The notes under the pieces were generated by a model that had not been told where the DNA came from, did not search any database, and saw only the letters and a program-made list of their open reading frames with translations. Source: Betaproteobacteria bacterium (GTDB taxonomy: Bacteria; Pseudomonadota; Gammaproteobacteria; Burkholderiales; Rhodocyclaceae). Taken from it: DNA of 64,000 nucleotides. This document shows positions 56,292 through 64,000 of this stretch, piece by piece (within the stretch, counting starts at the first letter, position 1; each line of letters begins with the position of its first letter). Where the stretch lies: the NCBI GenBank assembly GCA_009779355.1, contig WREK01000001.1:8654-72653 (forward strand). The letters are read 5' to 3'. Both the position numbers and the translations under genes were made by a program.

Positions 56292-59200
56292 ATGGCTGGC
56301 GGCAGCGAGATCAAAAGCACTCTTACCCTGGATGTATCGAAGTTTAGCTCTGCTCTCGAAAGCGCCGTCGCCGGCACAGAGAGCCTTGAGAAGCACCTGA
56401 AGAGTGCGGCCAAGGTCGCTGCTGACTTCGACAAGGGAATGGCTGGTGTCGGCAGTGACCTGGCCGGCACCGCCAAGAACTTCCGTCTGCTCGATCAGAG
56501 CGTGGAGGGCATGGTTTCAAAGCTGTCCGGTGTTGTTCACAACTTCGAGCAGCTTTCGCGGCGCACCGGCAGCGTCGCTGGCGATGTCGAACGACTTGGC
56601 TCGGCGATGAAGAAAACCGCCGGCATCAACGCCGACGAGTGGATCAAGACCTACGGCGACAATCTCGGCAAGCTCACCCCGGCGCTGAAACAGACCGTCG
56701 CTTCGATCATCGACTTCGACCGGGCGAATATCGCGTCTGCCGAGACCGCCAAAAAGACCGCTGCTACCACCGTTGAAGCAAAGCTGAAGGCGCTCAACGC
56801 CGAGCGCGAGGGCAACCGCAAGATCATCGCCGAGCGCGAGCAGACGATGCGGGAGTTGGCGGCTATTGAAGAGCGGGCGCAGAAGCGGTCTGACGCAGCT
56901 TATACCGACTGGAGGAACAGAAAAAAGAAAGACGATGAGCTGCGAGGGAAGGCGACTGCTGCACAAGAGGCGGCAAATGCCGCAGCCATCGAACGCGCCG
57001 CGCTTGAGTCTGTCGTCAAGGAGATTAGGTGGAAGAATGCCGAAATCGACAAGTCGATTGCCTTGATTCGTCAGGAGGGCGGCATTGCGCAGGCCGCTGG
57101 CAACAGCAACAGAAAAGAAATTGAGCGGACGAAGAACGCAAGAATCGACGCTGATCGCAGGATGCTTGATGGGGTCAAGCGTGCTGAAACCGAGCGCATC
57201 AAGTCCGACCGCAAGGTTGCCGAAGCGCACAAAAAGGCCGTCAATGAGATGGTCGAACATGAGCGCCTGAAAGCGCAGCAGGTTGCGAACGTGTGGGCGA
57301 ACGTGCGGCGCTGGAGCGGCAGCAAGCTCATGCAGGGTCTTGGCATGGCGGTTGAGAAGTCTGCTGAAATGCAGCAGATTCAGCTTCGCCCGGAAGCATT
57401 TGGACTCAAGGGGGCCGAACTTGAGGAGTTCAATAAAAAAGCGTTCGATCTGCGACGCCAGGAAAAATACCTGTCCAATCTTGACGCAATTCAGGCCCGT
57501 TTCACAGCGATGGCATCGCTCGGCCACAACGACGTTAGGATCATCGACGCCACGACTGGTAAATCCATCCAGACTGTGCAGGCGCTGAAAACGCTTGGCT
57601 ACGAACATGGCAACGTGACGGATATTCAGCGGAACCTCTACGGTATCGCTGAAATGCGCCAGGTCATGAACGACCCGGCGGCGATCAACAAAACCTTTGA
57701 CACGGCATTTCGCATGGCGAACGTGTCGGGCGGCAAGATTACGCTGGCCGACATCGAGACTGTTCTGCGTAACCTTGGCGCTGGCGCCAACAAGATCAGC
57801 GATACAGGCTTGATGAACCTTGCCGCACTGGCCGAACAGGCAAAGGTTTCGGGTGGTCATGGCGGCAGCGGTGGTGGTGGCGCGGGCGTCTCCTCGGTCG
57901 GTAACATGATCAAGATGGCGCAGCTTTACGCGCTTGGTAAGCCGATTCCTACCTCGCTGGTCGAAAAATACATGGAAGCCGGCCTGATGGCTGGCGACAT
58001 TTCCAGTCTGGATATGGTCAAGGGCGGCAAAAAAGAGCACACCGCGATGCTCAACGCCATGAAGCGCAGCGGCCTGAAGAATGCGGACATGATTGCAGAA
58101 GATCCGGTCACTGCGCTGTGGAACATGCGTGCGCCGCTTCTGGAATTCATGCAGAACAAAAATCATCGTGCTGAGTATTTTGGCAAGAGCGACATCAACG
58201 ATCCGAAGACGCAACTGACGGCGTTCATGAAGTTCTTTGCGCAGTCTGGCATGTCGCACAGGGCCGTCTCGCAGATGGTCACGGCGATGAATCCGGCCTA
58301 CCACGAGCGAACCAAACACGTCACCGACTCTGCCATGAATGGCATGGGTGCGGAAGAAGCGCTCAAGAACGCTGAGGCGATGAAAAACTGGAGTCTCGCT
58401 GTTCAGGAAATGAAGAAGGGCATCGAAGATCTGATGTCCTCATTCACGCCGTTGCTTGGCGAGTTGTCTGTGTTTCCCAAGACCATTGGCGCAATGGCCG
58501 CATCTCTTGCGGGGTTCGCCAAAGACAACCCAATGATTGCGAGTTTTGCGGCAATCACGCTCGGCGCCGCTGGTTTGAATCTGACTTTCACAACCCTTCT
58601 CGGCACGTTCGGCAAGGCGCAGAACATTTCCAGCGTCATGGCGAATGTGTGGCGGTCGATGGTTGGCGGCGCTACGCAGGCACAGGCTTCCACCGCTGCC
58701 GCCACGACCGCGATGGCTGGTTTTGGCCGACAAGCAACCATCGGCGCCGGTGCCGCCTACAAAGCTGCGCTCGCCAAAGAGGCTACAGCAAAAGCTGCGA
58801 AGTTTGCTGCCGCAGAAGAACTGAAACACACCCGCGCTGTTGTTGCTGCAAGTTCTGGTGTGGCGCGCTTGCGAGCAACTGAGGAAATGCTGGTTCCGGC
58901 AAAGCAGAAGGTTATCGCCGCAACGAACGCGCATACCGCAGCGAAACTTGCCGTTACTGCCGCCTCGGACAAAGCGAGTATTGCTGCGCGGGCGCAAGCT
59001 GGTGCCATGACGGTGCTGCGCGGAGCGATGGCGTTGGTAGGTGGCCCAATTGGAGCGATTACTGTTGGTCTTATGTTGGGTGTTGCCGCGTGGAACAAGT
59101 GGGGCGGGGCGGCAGAAACAGCGTGGGACAAAGCGGTGAACGCTGGTGAAAAACGCATCAAAACCCTAGAAGATAGGATTGATGAGTTTCACAAAAAATC

Positions 59201-61670
59201 CAGAAACATGCAGGTGGCTAAACAGGCTGGCTACGCTGGCGACGATGAAAAAGTTGCCGAAGCTTATGTCGAGTTGCGCGATCTGGAAAAAATCAAAGAA
59301 GAGGCGCTAGCAAGAGAAAAGCGCTTGGGCGCTTCTGGTTCCGCATATCACACCCTAAACGAGCGAAGAATAAAGGTAACAAATAGGGATGGCACAATAG
59401 ACTATACGTCTCTCAACGAGCGAATACCCTATTTGAAAGAATTGCTGAACAAAGTCGACGGCATTGAACAAGCCGAAGCGATTCTTGCCAAGTTGAAAAC
59501 CAAAGCTGGCCTCAATCAAGATTCCGAGATAGCTGGCATTATAAACGACATCAAGAAAGGCGCTGATGGCGGCAACCCGCACCAGTTCGAGAACGCCTGG
59601 ATCTCCCAGTTTTCACAGGCAAACTCTCGTGCCAACATCGCACAACTGAAGCTCGACAGCCTGATCTCCGGCAATGCCTCCTATGAGAAGCAGGCAGAGC
59701 AGGAAGTCATCGCTATGTGGGCGAGCGGCAAGTTTGATGATGGTGGCAACCCCAATCATCGGCCTTTTTTGAAAGGCGCCCAATACGACGAAAAGGGCAA
59801 GATCACAAACAAGACCTATGACCCGCTTAGGGGGTGGGACACGAACGATATTGACCTTGACGCAAAAAGAATCGTCGGCACGCTCAAGGACGAAAATGGC
59901 AAGGATGTAAAAGGTAAAGACGGCAAGCCCATAAATGTTGAAAAGTCCCTAAACGACCTCATCGAACTGCTTGCGCTGAGAAAGAAGGAAGAGGCTGCAC
60001 TTAAAGATCTCGGGTTCGCCAAACAGCGTTCGGCTGCGCTGGACGAGGACATGGAGGTCGCCATGTCGCGTCTGACGGGCGAAACCGAGGGGCAGACCGA
60101 CGCCATGAAGGCACTGAACCGCGAGTTCGCCCGCGCCGAAAAGCGCACGCCTGACACTCTCAAGAGCGACAACCACAACGCCGAGAAGCAGGCCGCGCTG
60201 ATCAAGCGAGCCACCGTCGACTACGCCAACATGAGCGCCGATCTCGTTCAAAAGAACACAGAGATGGAGGCGCAGTTCCTCGAAACCGAGCGCGAGCGGT
60301 TGCTGGCGGGGGTCAATGCGACCTTCGAGGCGGAACAAAAGAAGATGCGTATTGTCATGGAGAGCATGAGCAAGCGCATCGAAATGATGGAGGAGGAAAT
60401 CGCAGCGATGGAGGCTGCGGGCAAGAAGGAAACTGAGGCATACAAGACCGCCGTTGAGGCATACAGCGACGCCATCGAGGCGAAGAAGAAGGGCGAGAGG
60501 GAGTTCGACCGCTTTAAGCGCAACCTCGAACAAAAGCGCGACCGCGATTCCTGGACCGGCCTTCAGAAGATGGTCGATAGTTGGGACAAGGCATACGACC
60601 GGCTCAACGAGTTCGGCGAGCGGTGGGCCTCGAACTTCGCCAACGAACTTGGCACGCTAATCACGACCGGCAAGGCGGACTGGCGCTCATTCGTCAGCTC
60701 GATGATGGCCGAGTTGTCCAAGCTCGCGCTGAACAAGGCGCTGGCCGGAATGCTCGGCGGTGCGAATGGCGTGGGTGGTGGCGGGCTTGGTGGTGTTGTG
60801 AAGGGCTTGTTGGGCTGGATGGGTGGCGGTGGGGCTGGCAAGGGTGCTGGTTTTGCGGCCAGCGTCAACAACAGTCCCTACAGCGCAACGGGCGGTTCGA
60901 CTGGTCTGGTTGCCGGCAGCAGCGTGCTAGATGGTGCTTTGAGTGGTGGTGGTGGTGCGGGTGGGGCTGAAGGTGTAGCGAATTCGTTTGTCAATCTGGC
61001 GGCAAATTCCGACATTCTGAACGAGTCGTTTGGCAGCTTCTCGATGATTGCGGACATGGCGAATGAAGCGCTGCAAGATACGACCGATCAGGGCGTAATG
61101 GGCTTTCTGGGTGGTCTGTGGCAGAGCATCACGGGCATGTTTACCAAGCAGTCAGCCGAACAGGCGGAAGTGGTGGCGCTGACCACTCTTACTGCCGCCG
61201 CACAAGCCGCAGCAAGCGCATTGCTTCAAGTTGCCGCGTCCAGCACCGCCAGCTCGTTTGGTGGCATGGCGGCCAATGGCGCGTATTTCGATGGCGGCAT
61301 GTCGTTCTTTGCGAACGGCGGCGCTTTCACCAACGGCATCTACGCCGACCCAACCCTGTTCCGGTTTGCCAACGGTGGCAAGTTTGGTGTGATGGGTGAA
61401 GCGGGGCCGGAAGCTGTGATGCCCCTATCCCGCGATGGGAAGGGGCGTCTTGGCGTGACGGTGAATGAGGGTATGGTTGGTAGCGCCGACAACACCGTTG
61501 TCAATATTGCCATCACGGTGAATAACAATGAGGGCGGCGGTAAGGGTGAAAGCGAGAGCGGTAGCGGCGATGAGGCGAGCGGGTGGAAGCAATTCTCCAA
61601 CCGCATCAAGTCGCTTGTTGTGGAAGAGTTGGCGTCGCAGAAGCGTCCTGGCGGATTGCTTTACGGGTAA
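56292..61670 (+). CDS. Tape measure protein
   Basis: 1792 aa, Ala-rich helical; lambda-type C-terminus FANGG..MGEAGPEAVMPL..RPGGLL. Confidence 0.93.
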   Translation: MAGGSEIKSTLTLDVSKFSSALESAVAGTESLEKHLKSAAKVAADFDKGMAGVGSDLAGTAKNFRLLDQSVEGMVSKLSGVVHNFEQLSRRTGSVAGDVERLGSAMKKTAGINADEWIKTYGDNLGKLTPALKQTVASIIDFDRANIASAETAKKTAATTVEAKLKALNAEREGNRKIIAEREQTMRELAAIEERAQKRSDAAYTDWRNRKKKDDELRGKATAAQEAANAAAIERAALESVVKEIRWKNAEIDKSIALIRQEGGIAQAAGNSNRKEIERTKNARIDADRRMLDGVKRAETERIKSDRKVAEAHKKAVNEMVEHERLKAQQVANVWANVRRWSGSKLMQGLGMAVEKSAEMQQIQLRPEAFGLKGAELEEFNKKAFDLRRQEKYLSNLDAIQARFTAMASLGHNDVRIIDATTGKSIQTVQALKTLGYEHGNVTDIQRNLYGIAEMRQVMNDPAAINKTFDTAFRMANVSGGKITLADIETVLRNLGAGANKISDTGLMNLAALAEQAKVSGGHGGSGGGGAGVSSVGNMIKMAQLYALGKPIPTSLVEKYMEAGLMAGDISSLDMVKGGKKEHTAMLNAMKRSGLKNADMIAEDPVTALWNMRAPLLEFMQNKNHRAEYFGKSDINDPKTQLTAFMKFFAQSGMSHRAVSQMVTAMNPAYHERTKHVTDSAMNGMGAEEALKNAEAMKNWSLAVQEMKKGIEDLMSSFTPLLGELSVFPKTIGAMAASLAGFAKDNPMIASFAAITLGAAGLNLTFTTLLGTFGKAQNISSVMANVWRSMVGGATQAQASTAAATTAMAGFGRQATIGAGAAYKAALAKEATAKAAKFAAAEELKHTRAVVAASSGVARLRATEEMLVPAKQKVIAATNAHTAAKLAVTAASDKASIAARAQAGAMTVLRGAMALVGGPIGAITVGLMLGVAAWNKWGGAAETAWDKAVNAGEKRIKTLEDRIDEFHKKSRNMQVAKQAGYAGDDEKVAEAYVELRDLEKIKEEALAREKRLGASGSAYHTLNERRIKVTNRDGTIDYTSLNERIPYLKELLNKVDGIEQAEAILAKLKTKAGLNQDSEIAGIINDIKKGADGGNPHQFENAWISQFSQANSRANIAQLKLDSLISGNASYEKQAEQEVIAMWASGKFDDGGNPNHRPFLKGAQYDEKGKITNKTYDPLRGWDTNDIDLDAKRIVGTLKDENGKDVKGKDGKPINVEKSLNDLIELLALRKKEEAALKDLGFAKQRSAALDEDMEVAMSRLTGETEGQTDAMKALNREFARAEKRTPDTLKSDNHNAEKQAALIKRATVDYANMSADLVQKNTEMEAQFLETERERLLAGVNATFEAEQKKMRIVMESMSKRIEMMEEEIAAMEAAGKKETEAYKTAVEAYSDAIEAKKKGEREFDRFKRNLEQKRDRDSWTGLQKMVDSWDKAYDRLNEFGERWASNFANELGTLITTGKADWRSFVSSMMAELSKLALNKALAGMLGGANGVGGGGLGGVVKGLLGWMGGGGAGKGAGFAASVNNSPYSATGGSTGLVAGSSVLDGALSGGGGAGGAEGVANSFVNLAANSDILNESFGSFSMIADMANEALQDTTDQGVMGFLGGLWQSITGMFTKQSAEQAEVVALTTLTAAAQAAASALLQVAASSTASSFGGMAANGAYFDGGMSFFANGGAFTNGIYADPTLFRFANGGKFGVMGEAGPEAVMPLSRDGKGRLGVTVNEGMVGSADNTVVNIAITVNNNEGGGKGESESGSGDEASGWKQFSNRIKSLVVEELASQKRPGGLLYG

Positions 61671-61674
61671 GCGG

Positions 61675-62100
61675 CTAAAATGCAGTTGGGTAAATTTGCA
61701 TGCTGTCTATTCCTGCCGGGGCGTATCGAAACGTGGATAGCGCCCCTGATTTAACAGTTACTTTTACTTCGACCAGTTCTTTGTAACAGGCACCTGTAGC
61801 TTCTGCACTAAGAATATATTCTCCAGGCAATAAGTAGAGTGTGATTTTTTCTCCAGCGTCAACATCAGCAACAGACGCGGCATCAATGTAGATTCTCGTA
61901 TAGCATCCAGCGCCAAAAAGAAAGCCTCTGTCCCGTTTGAAAATTACCGTGCCGGACTCTGGCTGTTGCGTTGTAAGTTTTTCGCCAGCTTGAAAAATCC
62001 TATTTTTTGGAACGGGCGTCGCTGCCTCTGTTGAGATTGGCGAAACCGAACAAGCCGACAGTAACCAACACACAGCAATAGCAACAAAAACCCTTCTCAT
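61675..62100 (-). CDS. Lipoprotein moron
   Basis: Lipobox LSAC; AT-rich; opposite strand. Confidence 0.8.
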   Translation of the reverse strand: MRRVFVAIAVCWLLSACSVSPISTEAATPVPKNRIFQAGEKLTTQQPESGTVIFKRDRGFLFGAGCYTRIYIDAASVADVDAGEKITLYLLPGEYILSAEATGACYKELVEVKVTVKSGALSTFRYAPAGIDSMQIYPTAF

Positions 62101-62246
62101 TTTCAACCCCTGTTAACAAATAACAATTCCATTTTACACGTTGCAAAATTGCTGTTGTTGGCAAATTTGCGCCAGCGCCGGTTTTTTGTCGCCAAAGTAT
62201 GCCAATACGCCTTTACATTTCAGTAAAAACTTACTAGAATTCCAGC

Positions 62247-62585
62247 ATGAGCAAGCCCGCTTTCACCTGGACACCCGACCTCGGCGCACAGCAGAGTATT
62301 GAACCAGCCGTAACCCAAACGAAATTCGGAGATGGTTACGAATTGCGCACCGCCGCAGGCATCAACTTCAAACCGCGCTCATGGGCGGTAACGTTCTCTA
62401 AGAACGCGAGCGAAGCCCTGCCACTGTTAGCTTTCCTTGAAGCGTGCGGCGGCGTTGAAGCGTTTGCATGGACTGATCCACTTAACAGAGCGGGAACTTA
62501 CGTCTGTCGGAAGTGGGACGCAACCCAAACAGTGTTTGGCGTCTATTCTGTCTCGGCGGCATTCGATGAGGTTTTCGAGTATTGA
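62247..62585 (+). CDS. Lambda gpM-like distal tail protein
   Basis: FTW.P..FGDGYE.R...GIN..FL...GG..AF.W..P. Confidence 0.88.
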   Translation: MSKPAFTWTPDLGAQQSIEPAVTQTKFGDGYELRTAAGINFKPRSWAVTFSKNASEALPLLAFLEACGGVEAFAWTDPLNRAGTYVCRKWDATQTVFGVYSVSAAFDEVFEY

Positions 62586-62605
62586 TCCAGTAAGGGCTTA
62601 CTAGA

Positions 62606-63310
62606 ATGACAACGCCAATCGCTGCTGAAATTCAATCCTTATCACCAACTGCGATCTTGGAGTTCTTTGTTCTTGACATGAGCAACTTCGAGGGCGGCGG
62701 TATCGCTCGCTTTCACGCTGGCACCAACGGGCTGCAACAGCCGGTGTGGTGGCAGGGTGTCGAATACCTGCCATTGCCTATCGAGGCCGAAGGTTTTGAC
62801 ATCATGACCAAGGGGCAGCTTCCGCGCCCGAAGGTGCGTGTGGCAAATATCGGCGGGTTATTTTCGGCGGAAGCGCGACAGCATGACGACCTGATTGGTT
62901 GCAAGGTGACGCGCAAGCGCACTTTTATGCGCTACCTGGACGCCAAAAACTTCCCCGGTGGTGTCAATGCAGACGCCGACCCCAATCAATGCCTGCCAGA
63001 TGACATCTGGTTTGTGGATCGCAAGTCCATCGAGAACCGCTACGTCATCGAGTGGGAGCTTGCCTCGGCCTTTGATGTGCAGGGCGTGATGCTGCCGTTC
63101 CGGCAGATTATCCAGAATTCATGCCCGTGGAAGTATCGCGGCGCCGAGTGCGGTTGGGTTGGTGGTTATTACGACAGGGACGACAAGGCGACCTACGAAT
63201 CTGGGAAGGACTATTGCGCCAAGCGATTGTCATCCTGCCGCATCCGTTTTGGCGTTACTGTCGATCTGCCGTTTGGTGGTTATCCAGGAGCGCACCGTTT
63301 CGATGGCTAA
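62606..63310 (+). CDS. Lambda gpL-like tail tip protein
   Basis: WQG..Y...PIEA.GF, RT..RYLDA.NF, C.W.YRG.EC..C.K.LSSC..RFG. Confidence 0.92.
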   Translation: MTTPIAAEIQSLSPTAILEFFVLDMSNFEGGGIARFHAGTNGLQQPVWWQGVEYLPLPIEAEGFDIMTKGQLPRPKVRVANIGGLFSAEARQHDDLIGCKVTRKRTFMRYLDAKNFPGGVNADADPNQCLPDDIWFVDRKSIENRYVIEWELASAFDVQGVMLPFRQIIQNSCPWKYRGAECGWVGGYYDRDDKATYESGKDYCAKRLSSCRIRFGVTVDLPFGGYPGAHRFDG

Positions 63311-64000
63311 CGATCTGCTTGCTTTCATTCAGCAGGAGGGCGCACGCCAGTATCCAAGTGAAGCCTGTGGTCTTGTTGTGCGCGTCGGCAAGAAGTCTGT
63401 TCCGGTAGCCTGCAAGAATGTCGCGGAAAACCCGCAGGCGCATTTTGTGATGGATGTCGTTGATTACGCGAAGGTGTCGGACATGGGCGAGGTCGTCGGT
63501 GTGTGGCACACGCATGTTGAGATTCCGCCGACGCCTTCTGTGGCCGACAAGCGAGGCTGCGAGAACTCGGAAATGCCTTGGTATATCGTCAGCGTGTCCA
63601 AGGCTGGCGATGGTTTTGCTTTCAGTGACATGGAGATTCTTGAACCGTCCGGTTTCGAGCTTGATTACCTTGAGCGCCCGTATGCCTTTGGTGTTCTCGA
63701 TTGCTGGAGTCTGGTGCGTGACTACTACCGACGCGAATACGGCATTCGGCTTGGCGACTACCCGCGCATCGAGCGATTCTGGGCCAAAGGTCACAATTTC
63801 TTCGGCAACCCCGAACACTGGAAGAACGAAGGGTTCAAGCAACTCATCGGCGGTGAAGAGCCGCAGGCGGGCGATCTGCTCTTCTTTCAAACAAGCGGTG
63901 ACATTCCGAATCACGTTGCCGTCTACATTTACGACGACACTATCTTGCACCACCCACATGGCCGGCTGTCGCGGCGGGACATTTACGGCGGTTATTGGCA
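63303..64000 (+). CDS. Lambda gpK-like tail assembly protein (JAB + NlpC/P60), truncated at window end
   Basis: YP.EACG, WHTH..PS.AD, GVLDCWSLVRDYY and NH.AVY motifs. Confidence 0.9.
   Translation, partial: MANDLLAFIQQEGARQYPSEACGLVVRVGKKSVPVACKNVAENPQAHFVMDVVDYAKVSDMGEVVGVWHTHVEIPPTPSVADKRGCENSEMPWYIVSVSKAGDGFAFSDMEILEPSGFELDYLERPYAFGVLDCWSLVRDYYRREYGIRLGDYPRIERFWAKGHNFFGNPEHWKNEGFKQLIGGEEPQAGDLLFFQTSGDIPNHVAVYIYDDTILHHPHGRLSRRDIYGGYW

Noticed and set aside
56517-58319. Long antisense ORFs (also 8205..9440, 3028..4236, 49595..50665)
   Set aside because: Shadow frames of GC-biased real genes on the opposite strand; no recognisable motifs
1-64000. tRNA, rRNA, integrase/att site, IS element
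   Set aside because: None recognisable by eye; tRNAscan-SE and profile searches would be needed to exclude them

Overview
The window is about 64 kb of a large, long-tailed (siphovirus-type) phage genome. Its gene content and order resemble SSU5/pHCM2-type phage-plasmids; no integrase or Rep gene is visible here. 1-26 kb holds recombination, replication and nucleotide genes: UvsY-like, gp32-like SSB, 5'-3' exonuclease, RecA, SbcCD, RuvC-like, class II RNR, ThyX, dUTPase, DnaQ-like exonuclease, and an RNA ligase split by a GIY-YIG endonuclease. 26-37.7 kb holds small single-gene 'early' cassettes and an unusual non-coding region. 37.7-41 kb holds an ASCH gene, mazEF, an HNH gene and an SF2 helicase. 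41-46 kb is a ParB/ParB/ABC-ATPase/thioredoxin/GNAT-like cluster. 46-64 kb is the terminase, head and lambda-like tail module. The strongest unexplained signals are non-coding: a 20-bp palindrome at 19 intergenic sites, a second promoter class (G/T)CCTG-N11-HANNNT at 16 sites, two promoter/terminator-bounded small RNAs with a shared anti-Shine-Dalgarno motif, NAGAGAYN-loop hairpins before the scaffold and capsid genes, and a CCAAGG/CCTTGG-rich region next to a G-quadruplex motif. All product calls come from motif recognition by eye, not from database searches.
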